A stretch of DNA of 64,000 bases. Origin: Octopus vulgaris (Eukaryota). Shown one piece after another: positions 26,641 through 40,704 of this stretch. Made by a program: the position numbers and the translations under genes. Within the stretch, counting starts at the first letter, position 1. The number at the start of each line of letters is the position of its first letter. The DNA is taken from the NCBI GenBank assembly GCA_951406725.2, contig OX597823.1:86800001-86864000 (forward strand), written 5' to 3'. A model generated the notes under the pieces. It ran no database searches. It was not told the origin of the DNA and saw only the letters and a program-made list of their open reading frames with translations.

Positions 26641-28764
26641 AGAGGAGGAGGAGTGTGTGTGTGTGAGAGAGAGAGAGAAGAAAAGAAACCAGAAAGGGTG
26701 AAAAATAAGAAGGAGAGAGACAGGTAGAGAGGATATATCAACATGTATGTGTGGGGTTATATATACACACACACACATACATGCAAGCATACATGCATGC
26801 ATACATACATACATACATATTACATACATACATACATGCATGCATTCATGCATGCATGCATGCATGCATGCATGCATGCATGCATACATACATACATGCA
26901 TACATACATACATGTAAAGGATTTTTCTGTCAGTCAGATTGTCGTCAATTGCTCCAACATAATTTGTGTGAAGATGGTTGAAATATCAAGATTTAAAAAC
27001 AAAAAAACAAAAAAGAACAACAGAATTTGACAAAACAACGTATAAAGATTCAACACAACATTCCAAATCTGTACTATACATACTTATAGTGAGACTAGAA
27101 CCTTCATCTTAATTTTACATCCACAATATTTTCTGCTGTAGTACTATCTACATTTTACGGGTGCCTATCTTTCGTATTCGGTTGCATTCTCAGAATTTCG
27201 AATGAAACCCTTTAGTTAATAGACGAGAAGCTGGCCTAGGATACCCGGGGATATTCTCATATCAATTATTTTCGAATTTTTGATGCTGCTTGTTATTTAG
27301 TTAGGGTTTGATTGCACAGCCCTCAGTTAAACTGTAACAGCTAATGCTTAATTGATATTTGTATTTAGTATGCTATTTTAGCAGAACTTGATTAATTGAT
27401 ATCACGCGATCGACCAGACTATTTGATGTTGTTATACATCGCTGGTTACAATGCGTTTTGCATCGTGTTAGCTTTCGAATGATGCTACCCAGCTGACTCA
27501 GCGATTAAGCTAATATTCCTCCCGATCGGAGGGCTTCTCCATCGCATGGTTACCCTTTTGCAGCTGAATGGACTGGATTTACGCGATATAAGCTATTTTG
27601 CACAAAAACACAACTCGCCGCCAGGTCTGGCGATCGAAGCCACAATCTTGCGACCGTGAGTGCAACACACCTAAACACTAGGCCACGCTCCTTCACAAGT
27701 AAGTGATTTAAACGTCTTCCTTTTCAAGTCAGCTTACAATGGTTTCTCATTTTCGTACACGGCCCGCAACTTAAAGGGGAGGGAATAACTTAGTGCTATC
27801 GGTCTCAGTACTTGACACAGGCTTTATTTTATCAAACCCGAAAGGATAAGAAACAAAGTGGACCCTGGTGAAATTTGAACTCAAGACGCAAAGAGCCGGT
27901 GGAAATACCGCGTGACATTTAGTCCGACGCTCTAATGATCCTGCTGCTCGGCGATTTAAGGGTGGTGCAAAATATGAATATTTCTTCATTCCAGAAATTA
28001 GGAGAAATAATGAAAAGAATTTTTGTAATTTTACAATTTCTGGTCATCACATACTTTGTTTATATTCTCTAGCATTGGGAGAATGCTATAACGCTGGGAC
28101 GAGAAATGTATTCTGTTAAGTCGCCTAAGTATTTGACCGAAATATTTTCTACTCTCGCCGCTTTCCAAAAGTAAGGAAATGCAAAATTGACCTTAGTTGA
28201 ATTTTAACTCAGAAAACAAATGTACCTCACGAAATATCTCAAGTAATTTTGATGGTGCTATTATAACGAATCTGCCTAATGAAGTCCTCATGTTGATAAA
28301 ATGAAATCATTCAATAACCGATGAAAATATTCTCACTTATAGCTCCAGAAGTAAGTTTTATGTTGTTAGTCGACATGCGAGAAACAACAGTTAATATCTC
28401 ACAAATAATGACGTAAGTTCTAGTGAAAATAAGCTAGGGAAGCATTAAGCAACGCAGTCCTAGACACATAATACGTGGGAGAGAGACAGATTGGTTACGC
28501 GTACAAAAACCTAACGGTTTATAAAAGAATGATGCAGCATAACGGCCGATTAATCAAAGCAGGTGATACATCAGGTAATGCAATCCAGGGTATACAATGC
28601 CTTAGACAGGGGCAGAGTGCTTATGGCTGCAAAATTATAATGGCGAGTAAACAAAAGCTAATAATGCACTCTTAGATACACAAAACCTGGTGGAGGGGCG
28701 GGGTGTCTATGTGTGCAAAATCTTTGATCATAGATGTGCTGTATCAGGATTGACCTGAGACTAA

Positions 28765-29220
28765 ATAAGAAAAAGAACAGCGTTATGAGATGGTGTGTTA
28801 TTGGCAAGTACTTGTAATATGACACCAAAACCACCTTTAATACAAAGTGAGGGTTTAGTATTAAATCATGATGAATATATGAGAAACCAGTTCGATATGT
28901 TATTAAAAACAGAAAGCGTTACAAATCATAGACAATAACAAAATAAATCCAAACAAAAACAAAAGATTATAAGAATAAGGAATGACCTCGCCGTAAAGAG
29001 GAAAAGGACAGCGTTATAAGACTGTGCATATTGGCAAATGTTTGTAAGATGAGATCTAAATCTACCTTTGATATAGCATGTATATATATATTGTATTGTA
29101 TTGTGTTATAATATGATAAATGTACGAGAGAACTGTTCGATGTCTTATTAAAAGCAAAAGGCATTAAAAATAAATACAAAAACAAAACAAATACAAAAGT
29201 TTATAAGAATAAGAAAGAAA
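28765..29220. repeat. Diverged tandem duplication, ~230-bp unit x2
   Basis: cagcgttat...attggcaa...acctttaata...gttcgat...ttattaaaa...ttataagaataag is repeated. Confidence 0.7.
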
Positions 29221-29666
29221 CCTATGTGCGTATGTATGTGCGTCCTTATAATACGACAGTTCAGTGACGACTAGATTTCATATAATAGAATCATAAAATT
29301 AACTCGTGTGAGTAGGACAATCAATGCGCAAACAATGGACGCAAATGGCATAAGGGATGGATTATAACATTTCTTCGAAATCAATACAATTGTTCGTAGC
29401 TGAAATAAATTTGTGTTGAGGAGGGGAATGAAGGAGTAGAGGTGTACAATAGGGAAACGTACTAGGTACGTGTGCATACTATGGTATTGAAAGAGAAGAT
29501 CAAAGAGAACTGGAAACCGCACACTTTAGAATAATTGAATTAGAAAAAAGTATTTAGAAAAACTGAAAACAATAACTTTAAACTAAGACCATATTGAAAG
29601 ACGACGACATTCGGTCTTTCAGGTACGTACGTACGTGTGTGTGTGTGTGTGTAATTATATATGTAT

Positions 29667-29697
<31 letters not shown>

Positions 29698-29704
29698 CAT
29701 ATAT

Positions 29705-29844
29705 ACCGGGGTAAACACATAAATGTGAAACAAGGTGGAAAAAGAGTACTCAAATACCAGTGGTAGAGTAATATGCTTTATTTAAAGCAGCAGAAAATTC
29801 AACAAAACCAGGTTTTGTTGAATTTTCTGCTGCTTTAAATAAAG

Positions 29845-29850
<6 letters not shown>
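29705..29850 (-). mobile_element. PLE-like fragment (F7) ending in a perfect 34-bp-arm palindrome
   Basis: Arms at 29776-29809 and 29811-29844. A related sequence in the opposite orientation lies at 37196-37320. Confidence 0.65.
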
Positions 29851-30685
<835 letters not shown>

Positions 30686-31187
30686 AGATAGACCGGTAGA
30701 TATATGGATAGACAAGCAGGAATACACACGCACACACAAACACACAAGTAATGTCTAACGCCACCTACATGTGGGTGTTCTATAAGAACAAATGATCCTG
30801 CTATTTCAACCCCAGGAGGACGCTTCCTCTCGCTGGTTAATCAGTGCGTTTCTAACTTTATACATGTGTGTATGTGTATGTGTGTGAGTGTGTGTGTAGA
30901 TTTCCCGAGCATTATACTAATACATCTGTTTGTTTTCTACACCACCTGTCTTCGTCTTTCGTTGTTTATTTGTGAATTCTCTCCATATATTACTCGCTCA
31001 CGTGGTTGCACCAGTTGATCCCGTCTCCTCTCATCACCCACGAACTTCTCCACTGGACTTTCTACACTTCAGCTGCTCCTCTCCTGCCTGTGGATTACAC
31101 TGGACTCCTCTGTTGATGAAAATACACACACACAAACACACACACACATACACACACATACACACACACATACATACATACACACAC

Positions 31188-31236
<49 letters not shown>

Positions 31237-32066
31237 CATACATACAGATATATACACACACACATGCTTAAATATATTATTCAAAGAAATTCCAACTTTG
31301 TCTTTTATGTTTTATTTATATTCTTTATAATATTAATGTAGAATATAGAAGATATAGTATAAATAATATATATATATAGTAAAATGAAATGAAGTATTGA
31401 TTGTCTTATTGAATAGATGATATGTTGAATATAAAATATTAATAGACTAGTATACTATCTTGCATTATAGCAGCCTTGAAGGTCCCAGGTTTGACCTGGG
31501 ACCTTGAAGACTGCGACAACAAATGTTGTAGTACCTTAGAGTAGAATGGTAAGGGTGACAGCATTATAAATTCTAAAATGTAACTTTGGTATCGATGCGA
31601 ATACTAGGAAGGTGATATACATTCTTTGCCATACTTTTCCAAAGGATGCTCACGGCCCGCGGAAAGAGTGTTATATTTCAGCATCTATGCAGACTTTAGA
31701 TGATGGCATACACTCAAGGTATTTAAAATTAACCCTGTATAAGAAGCAAAGTTGCAGAGAGTCACATTCGAACCTTGGAGGGATCACGCTCTTGATACTT
31801 GCAAAAACTTGGCAAAACTATGTCTGTATAAATCTAGTGCATTAAACTACATCTGTACATCTGGAAGAAAGACGATGAAGCTTCTATTATGTGATGAGGA
31901 TGAATAAAAAGATCATTCCAGTAAGAAAAAGGTAAAGCTGTATAGAGGAGACCTAGCCCCATGTTAATGTCAGCAAGATTTTATGTAGTCTGTCATAGTA
32001 TGCTGGTTTTAGGAGCACGTGTATATAAATACACCCCCCACCACCACCACACATAAAAAACATATA

Positions 32067-32297
32067 TTTCTTTACTACCCACAAGGGGCTAAACATAGAG
32101 GGGACAAACAAGGACAGACAAAGGGATTAAGTCGATTACATCGACCCCAGTGCAAAACTGGTAGTTTATTTATCGACCCCGAAAGGATTAAAGACAAAGT
32201 CAACCTCGGCGGAATTCGAACTCAGAATGTAACGACAGACGAAATACCGCTAAGCATTTCGCCATGCGCGTTAACGTTTCTGCCAGCTCGCCGCCTT
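32067..32297 (-). mobile_element. Full-length SINE family C with 14-bp TSD
   Basis: TSD ATAAAAAACATATA at 32053-32066 and 32298-32311. Core tcctttcggggtcgataaa is Nin/Deu-like. Confidence 0.9.
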
Positions 32298-32565
32298 ATA
32301 AAAAACATATACATAAAAACATAAAAACATATACTCACACATACACACATAAACACACGCCACAATCACACGTGCGCGCACACACACACATATATATATA
32401 TAATGTTGTTGGATAAAAGTTCGTTTTCATTGCTTTTGCTTTTTATATTCTCGTACCTCTTTTTGTTCACGTCTTTTTGACGTCCTGTACTCATATATGC
32501 ATGGATATAAATATATATATAGGCATGTACATATATGTGTGTATATATGCATATACAAATATATT

Positions 32566-32598
<33 letters not shown>

Positions 32599-32599
<1 letters not shown>

Positions 32600-34096
32600 C
32601 TATATATATAAAACTGAGAATGTGTGTGTGTCTGTCTGTCTGTCTGTGTGTTTCCCTAAAACTTGAGAACTACACAACCAATTGCATTCAAATTTTACAC
32701 ATGCCTTACATAGGGTCCGGGGAGTGTCATCGGCAAAAAACAATTTTTAACGTTTTGCCTAGGGCGAGCCCACAGCAATATCATATCTTCTCCACTACGA
32801 TTCCCTAAAACTTGAGAACTACACAACCAATTTCATTCAAATTTTAGAAATGCCTTACTTAGTGTCCATGTAGTTTCCTGGGCCAAAAAGAAATGTTCAA
32901 CTTCTTGCCTAGAGCAAGCCCATAGCAATATCATATCTTCTCCACTATTTCAGTATTACGTGTTAAAAGCGAAACAAAAAGATTTCTCTATTTTATGTCA
33001 GATACTTTCACTTTAACTATAAAAAAATAGTAACAATTGTATTATATGTAGTAAGTAATAATTAAAAGCAAACTAAAGTATAATATAATCGTAACATAAC
33101 AAAAGTAAAAAAGCAATTGGTATAAAATTGCATCAATGACTTGAACTTGAATAAGTGGTTTCACATGAATGTGAATAAATTGAAAATAAAATTAGCGTGC
33201 AGAAATGGAATAGTCCAGATGGACTATTATACATAAAAGATTATAGCTTCAACTGTGTACTATTATTATTTAACTATTGTTATCACGTTTGTTGGTTCCT
33301 CGTAATGGAAACGTTGTTGTGTTGGGAGAAGGAGCTTTGGCTATTGTTCAAAAATAGAATTGTATCCCCGTTTGGGGAAATTGACAATATTTTCACCGTT
33401 TACACGGAAGCATTTTTGTTAGAATGCCTTCGATAGAAGAAAGTCCAAAAATGAATTTCGCTGCAGTCGTCGGCGGGCGCGAACTCATTAAAATTAAAAT
33501 GGAAGAAATACAGACCTATTTCTGATTGATTACCGATAAATCTAGGATAACACCACCAAACGAAATAAAAAATTAAATTAAATTAAAGAAAAGACTATTG
33601 TCTATAAAGTGTACAATGTAGAGAACACCTGGGGGAAAGCACCATCGAAAAGTGTCTTGGTGCGACTATGAAAGATAGTCGCGGTAAATTCGCCACAATA
33701 GAAGCAAGGTTCGAGTCAAAGGAGCGTGAAAGGGAGTACTCGACTCGAACCTTGCAAAGTGGAAATATTTTATTTTCACCTTTATATCATGGACGTAGGA
33801 CGTCCCGGATAAAAATTTAAAATGTCCCCTCAAAAGTAGCGGTAGGCTGGATTGTAGCCACACTTCAATACAAGAGGGAAGACAAGATACAATTGATCGA
33901 AATTGCAAGAGACGGGCCTACAATTCCAGTCTGTTTTATATTTTGAGTATTGTTATCACTAGCGATATCAAGATATAACTTTGTATTTTATATGTAGATG
34001 TATATATATAGATGCACATGTAATATGTACACATATATATACACATATATACATGCATTAGCCCTATGACCCAGCAACGACGGGTCATAATGCTAG
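32599..34096 (+). mobile_element. Non-autonomous Helitron (~1.5 kb)
   Basis: A|TCTATATATAT 5' end; internal ~150-bp tandem duplication (32652, 32802); 3' hairpin TATGACCC-agcaacgac-GGGTCATA followed by CTAG|T. Confidence 0.8.
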
Positions 34097-34346
34097 TACA
34101 TATATATAATGTGCTGTTCTGTGATAGTGAGATCAACAAAAAAGTACTCCATCTGGTGAGAGACAAATGCTATTTTAATTAACATGCTATATGTTTTTAT
34201 GAGATACTAATAGTTTCATGCGATAAAACACGACTCAGACTGCATTTTATAACACGTTTGGTGCACGTGTTATAAAATTCTCTCTGCATTTTTTTTCATC
34301 GAATGGAGCTATTACTTCCTCATGAAAATATATACTGCGTTTATTA

Positions 34347-34685
<339 letters not shown>

Positions 34686-34686
34686 A

Positions 34687-34734
<48 letters not shown>

Positions 34735-34735
<1 letters not shown>

Positions 34736-34981
34736 CGGTTTCGATTCCCTCGACCGGGCGTTGTGAGTGTTTATTGAGCGAAAACACCTAAAGCTCCACG
34801 AGGCTCCGGCAGGGGGTGGTGGCGATCCCTGCTGTACTCTTTCGCCACAACTTTCTTTCACTCTTTCTTCTGTTGGCCTGCTCGCTTAGCCAGCGGGGTG
34901 GCGTCATTTGAAGGCTAAAACAATGCCAAGCGCATTGTGACCAGCGATGTGTAACAATATCTGATAGCCTGGTCGGTCACG

Positions 34982-34985
<4 letters not shown>
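34735..34985 (+). mobile_element. SINE family B2 (5'-truncated)
   Basis: gtttcgattcc...gaccgggcgttgtgagtgtttattgagcgaaaacacctaaagctccacgaggctcc. Confidence 0.8.
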
Positions 34986-35024
<39 letters not shown>

Positions 35025-36240
35025 GGAATTGCTATGGGTACAAGGGCAGCACCAGTCATTGCGAACCTAACAATGGGCTACATGGAAATAATCATTTACC
35101 AGGAATCTTTATCAATCTTTGGAAACCCCCTTTCTCAATACATAAAAGAGAATTGGAAACGATTCCTAGACGATTGTTTTATACTCTGGAATGAAAACAC
35201 AGATAAACTCCTAAAATTTAAAAACCTATTGAACAGCATAAACCCAAATATACAGTTCACAATGGAATACAACCAAAAGGAGCTCCCGTTCTTGGATATA
35301 CTAATTAAAAAAATTAACCTTAAAATAGAAACAGACATTTTTTACAAAGCCACAGACGCCAAACAATACCTTCTTTTTAATTCATGCCACCCAAGACACA
35401 CTAAAACAAACATCCCCTTCAACCTTGCAAGAAGGATATGCACAATAGTGTCAGAACAAAATACCAGGAACTTTAGACTGCAAGAACTCAAAAACACCCT
35501 AATTGACAGAGATTACCCAGCTCAACTCATAGAGGATGGGATCAGACGTGCAACAGAAATCAACATAGAAACTTTAAGAAAAGTTCAACACAACAACACA
35601 CCTTCCCCGAAAATACTACCTTACATATCTACATACAACCCCAGAAACAAAGAAGCCTTCACCATCATCACCCAGAATTTACCAATACTTCATAAGGACC
35701 CCAAATTAAAGGAAATTCTAAACATACACCAAATCATTAAAAGCTACAAACAACCCAAATCACTTAAAAAGATTCTCACAAAGGCAAAATTGTCTTCTGA
35801 GATTACGGATGCAAAAGTTAAAAAATTTGGTAGATCGAACTGTGCAACATGTCCAAACCTGCTAGAAGGATCAGAATTCCTCTTTAAAGAGGGGCAGAAA
35901 TTCAAGATCAAATCTAACTTTACTTGTGCCTCTGAAAACATAATTTATGTCATAAAATGCTCGAGCTGCCACCAAGACTACGTGGGATCCACGGGACTAT
36001 CACTCAGACGTAGATGCACACTGCATCGACAACAGATTGCATTCCCAGAATACAGAATGATACCTTTTAGTGAGCACATTGAGAAATACGCAAAGCAACT
36101 ACTACCGCAATTTTTAATCTTTCCATTTTACCAATGTGCTATCGGATCATCAAGCACAAATTAGACTAAGCAAGGAAACATTCTTCATTGAAAAGTACAA
36201 GCCCAGACTTAACCATCCCAACATACAGATACAGAGAAAT
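35025..36240 (+). pseudogene. PLE reverse transcriptase (C-terminal half) + GIY-YIG endonuclease
   Basis: GIAMGTRAAP, WKRFLDD, LPFLD, FYKATD..YL.FNSCHP, CxxC linker, NIIYVIKCSSCHQDYVGST...R. A +1 frameshift near 36160 continues as RLSKETFFIEKYKPRLN. Confidence 0.92.
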
Positions 36241-36379
36241 TCACACCAAGGGAAAGGAAAAACATTTTAAGCGATTATCTCCCTTACACCGGAAGAAATC
36301 ACTCATTACCTCCCCTTATTTAGAACTCTTTTGAACATAAACACAACGATAACTCTATTCAACATAAACATAACGTCGT

Positions 36380-36418
36380 AAGAAATTTGAAAAGCTAAAT
36401 GCGAAACCGGTCTTTCTT
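36380..36418 (+). ncRNA. Degenerate minimal hammerhead in the PLE 3' pLTR
   Basis: AAGAAA-u-UUGAAAA-GC-uaaau-GC-GAAA-CCGG-UC/UUUCUU, with the palindrome ACCGGU. Confidence 0.6.
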
Positions 36419-36592
36419 CAAAACTATGTCATTATAAAAGAAAAAAAAATTTTAATATTCTTCAGACATATTGACGCAAATATATATTTTTTAACATTTA
36501 AGCCTTCTGTAGTTTTTTCACTTTTTACTATTTTCTATATATTCAACCACGTGCTTTCACAAACCAACTTTCTTATCTATATATATATACAC

Positions 36593-36673
<81 letters not shown>

Positions 36674-36734
36674 GAAATTTTTGTATACAGTGCTCATGTG
36701 CAACACAAATAAAAAAGCGAAAAATGAAAATGCC

Positions 36735-37190
36735 ATCAGGTCTGCTGTCGGCGGATTTCAGGAACCATGGAAGTTTTGAACGATGTAGTGTCTCGATAGC
36801 TAATGACTGATGCGGGCAGTTTTTTTTATGCTTCAACAATTCTCAACGTAAGAAGATGTTTTAGAAAGTCATGGGTGCTGTGTTGTTTTTTTTTTACTTT
36901 GTGAGTATGTCCGCGAGTGTTTGACATATAGAATTCAAACATATGCCCAAGGTTGTTGTCGTAATGATGGTGGATATTCATGTGGGTATCTACCAAATGA
37001 GTTGCCAAATATCTGAGCTTCTATGTGTTCATGCCCAAGGAAGCAAGACGTTGAAAGTATGGTAAATGCTTGCCGCCGAGCATTCGTCTTGTTGCACGGT
37101 TCTGAACAGTTTTCAGGAGATTTATATGCTGACCGAGATAGGGGTTCCAGACTGGTGAGGCAAATTCTAAGTGATGATGTATCATAGATA
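36735..37190 (-). mobile_element. CR1/L2-group LINE ORF2 3' fragment
   Basis: LEFASPVWNPYLGQHINLLKTVQNRATRR...SNTRGH..K...LTLRIVEA..KLPASVI. Confidence 0.8.
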
Positions 37191-38019
37191 TACTATATTA
37201 AAGCAGCGAAAATTCTGAGTAACAGTTTTTGTGATATTTTTGCTGCGTTTTTTTATAAAGCGTATTACTCTACCTCCGGTATTCGAGTACTATTTTTTCA
37301 CTTTGTTTCGCATTATTTGCCTACAGTGGTAAGGGGGGAGGAGCGATAATAGAGGTAATATTGAGTCTTATTTCCCTTATATATTCCGTAAATTTTGGAA
37401 AATGTTATGAATTTTATCATGAATATAATAGCATAAATATCAAGCACTAGACTAAACCTCTCATAGTATTTGATTGGAGCTTACGTTATATACAGTTCAC
37501 AGCTTCATATATTTGCCTCTACTGCGCTACCTCCATGACGTCTGTTTCAGTAGTGCTCTCAGAACTTGATGAATGACGGATTTCAACGCTACCGCCCTCA
37601 TCGGGAACTCCTGCTGTGATTTAGTTTCTTCATGGACTTGACACAGCAGGATATCTACGTCCTTTTTTGAAAGTATTGACATCTACTTTACATACAGAGC
37701 CCTTATATTTCGTGGGAGAACATTCAAGTGTTTTGACCCATTAAATCCTTTGCCGTTGTAACAATTTATTCTGATTCGAGTGGGAGAAGACGGAACATTT
37801 GTGGCTATGCAGTTGTGACCTACTCGGAGAAGTTACTTTGCTTCTAATACCAAATTATGTCGATTGTGTTTCCAAGGCTTTCTGAATGGGAAAAATTCTA
37901 TCTTTCTTTTAGCTTTTACTTTTTATTGCTTTCAGCCAGAAACTGAGACCATGCTGGAGCACCGTCTTTCAGTGTTTGAGTTTATTTTCTTTACTGTTTC
38001 TGGTGAAGTAACGAGTTAG

Positions 38020-38350
38020 AGGAAAATGATCTTGTTTGCGCGTCGTGCAGCGATGTGGGTTCATCTGGTATCTTCAACAAAAGTTCGTCCACACATGATC
38101 TGAAATTCTTGCAAATCTCTTAGGTTCTTTGGCAGAATACTCATTCCATATATTCATCGATTCTGCGTGGATATCATTGTTTCTTCTCTCCTGCCTTCAG
38201 AATTCCAAAGCTTACAACCTCTCCTAGAATCTGATCAGGAACATCGAATCAGTGTGTTTTCGTACTCCCACACGGTTGCCTGTATATTATTAGCTAATTC
38301 CTGCAGGCATTTGAAACGTTCGGAACGTTCAATAAAGTTATGTAAAAACG
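38020..38350 (-). mobile_element. LINE 3' fragment (CR1/L2-group-like)
   Basis: ILPKNLRDLQ...VDELLLKIPDEPT, the same C-terminal motif as at 45890-46150. Confidence 0.55.
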
Positions 38351-38491
38351 TTTTCTTCATTTTTGTAAACCTATCGGTTCGGCAAAATTGACCGATAGAA
38401 TAAGTACCAGGCTTACAAAGAATAAGTCCTGAAACAAGTAAAAGTGTAAATCAGTAAAGGAGTAAAATAGTATATAAGTTCTGTGTGTGTG

Positions 38492-38547
<56 letters not shown>

Positions 38548-38925
38548 AAGTATACATACTTCATATTAAAAGATAATATACTAAATAATACTTATAAAGT
38601 TGATGGTATATCTTCAGTTTCATTCCCTGGTAAAACGCCATAAGATTGTTCATACAGAGTTGCCTCCCTTAGTTAAAGGCCCTAAAATTGTGCGATCCGA
38701 CCTCATTTTCGAGGTTATATATGTAATAAAAAGAGTTGAAGAGCAAAAACATACTTTATTTACTAGATGAAAGAATGTTGAATATTTTGATAACTCAGAC
38801 GTCAAAATCACAACTCAGTTTTCGAATCCATAACGAACATACGCACACGCACACGCACACGCACACGCACACGCAAACGCACACACGAACACAAACATAA
38901 ACTGTTTTATTACATAAGATGCATA

Positions 38926-38963
<38 letters not shown>

Positions 38964-39184
38964 ATATCCAGATATATAAACAAACGTACACAGTTAAAAC
39001 TTCACTTATAAAGATCTTAGAACGCTTTGCAGAATGTTTCGCAAGAAACCATTGGTAGCGTTGTTAATCTACTGAGAGCGATTATATTTATACATCATAT
39101 GCCGTGTTAAACACTCATTCTCACTACTCGCTTTGATCACGCACCCAAAACTACACGCGCGCATGCACACACACATACACAAAT

Positions 39185-39215
<31 letters not shown>

Positions 39216-39222
39216 AACACAC

Positions 39223-39299
<77 letters not shown>

Positions 39300-39302
<3 letters not shown>

Positions 39303-39618
39303 GAGCACTCTGTCAGTTACCATGACGAAGATCCCAGCTGATACGATCAACGATCAACGTAACAGCTTGCTCCTGAAATTAACGTGAAAGTGGCTGAGCA
39401 CTCGACAGACAGGTGTACTCTTAACGTAGTTCTCAGGGAGATTCAGCGTGACACAAATTTAAATAAAGCCGCCTCTTTGAAATAAAGGTGCTACTCAGTT
39501 TTTCCAGCTGAATGGACTGGAGCAACGTGAAATAAAGTGTCTTGCTCAAGGACACAAGGCGTCACCGGGAATTGAACTCACGATTTACGATCGTGAGCCG
39601 AATTCCCTAACCCACGCC
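39300..39618 (-). mobile_element. SINE family B (tRNA-Arg(ACG)-like head, OR-type)
   Basis: Minus strand reads ggttagggaattcggctcacgatcg...gagttcaattccc...gtgtccttgagcaagacact. Confidence 0.8.
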
Positions 39619-39631
39619 ATATATTTATATA

Positions 39632-40028
39632 CTAGCAGTATCGCCCGGCGTTGCTCGGGTTTGTAAGGGAAATAACTATATAAGCATTTTTAGAGAGTTA
39701 TTACCAAAAAATAGCAAAATAATGCATTAAAAATGGAAAAAAAATGATAGTAAATTTTTTTTAAATCGTTGACTCATCGTAGACATTTTTAGAGAGTTAC
39801 TTCCCCTATATAATAGCGAAAAATGCATTAAAATGGAAAAAAAATTATGGTAATTTTTTTTTTAAATCGTAGATTCATCGTAGACGTGCGCTAATACCCA
39901 GAAGGACTCGATATGAATCACGACTATAAGATATCCGGTTTTGGTTAAACTGCACCGCAAAATGTGGGAGTAGTTAGGAATCTAAATCGTAGGAGACAGA
40001 CACGCAACTTCACTTTTATATATAAAGA
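39632..40028 (-). mobile_element. Non-autonomous Helitron
   Basis: Minus strand: A|TCTTTATATATAAAA 5' end; 3' CCCGAGCAACGCCGGG hairpin followed by CTAG|T. Confidence 0.88.
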
Positions 40029-40059
40029 TATATATATATATATATATTCACTTTTTAAT

Positions 40060-40400
40060 GTAGAGTTATTTTCTAACGGTCAGCTACTTCTTAGCAAGGT
40101 TGTGAAGGAAAGCGTCTTGTTTTTGTTCATCATCCTTTAAATCGTAGGAAAGTCTTGCAGGATTTTATTGTCCCAGATATCGTGATTATTTGTAGCGTAT
40201 GAATTAAGGATTTGTGTTCTCTCCCCAAGAACCAAAGTTCACCCATTCTTTGCTGCAGGCACGTTGGTACGTATCCCATTGCTCCTATAATAATAGGTAA
40301 GTATCTGAAAGTGTATCTTGAGTACTGAATTTCCAAACTCTTTATCAATAGTCCATAGATGTCCTCTTTCTGCTGTAGTGTTCTCACCACGAATCTATTG
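40060..40400 (-). mobile_element. R4/Dong-like (restriction-like endonuclease) non-LTR 3' fragment
   Basis: QKEDIYGLL...LPIIIGAMGYVPTCL...LQIITISGTIKSCKTFLRF matches the C-terminus of RLE-type LINEs. Confidence 0.7.
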
Positions 40401-40553
40401 TGTGAATATATGCGTGTATATATATATATATATATATATGTATACACACATATATACATATATATACATATATACATACACACACATATATATGTATACA
40501 CACACGCACACACACATATATATATATATACATACATATATACATATATATAC

Positions 40554-40633
<80 letters not shown>

Positions 40634-40643
40634 GTATGTCTAC

Positions 40644-40704
<61 letters not shown>

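Larger units (their letters stand above)
35025..36575 (+). mobile_element. 5'-truncated Penelope-like retroelement (Neptune-like)
   Basis: RT-thumb-Zn linker-GIY-YIG ORF, 3' pLTR-like region with an HHR relic, flanked on both sides by (TA)n. Confidence 0.92.

Noticed and set aside
31560-31950. Coding-looking degenerate stretch
   Set aside because: No recognisable motif in any frame I read; it cannot be assigned without a database search.
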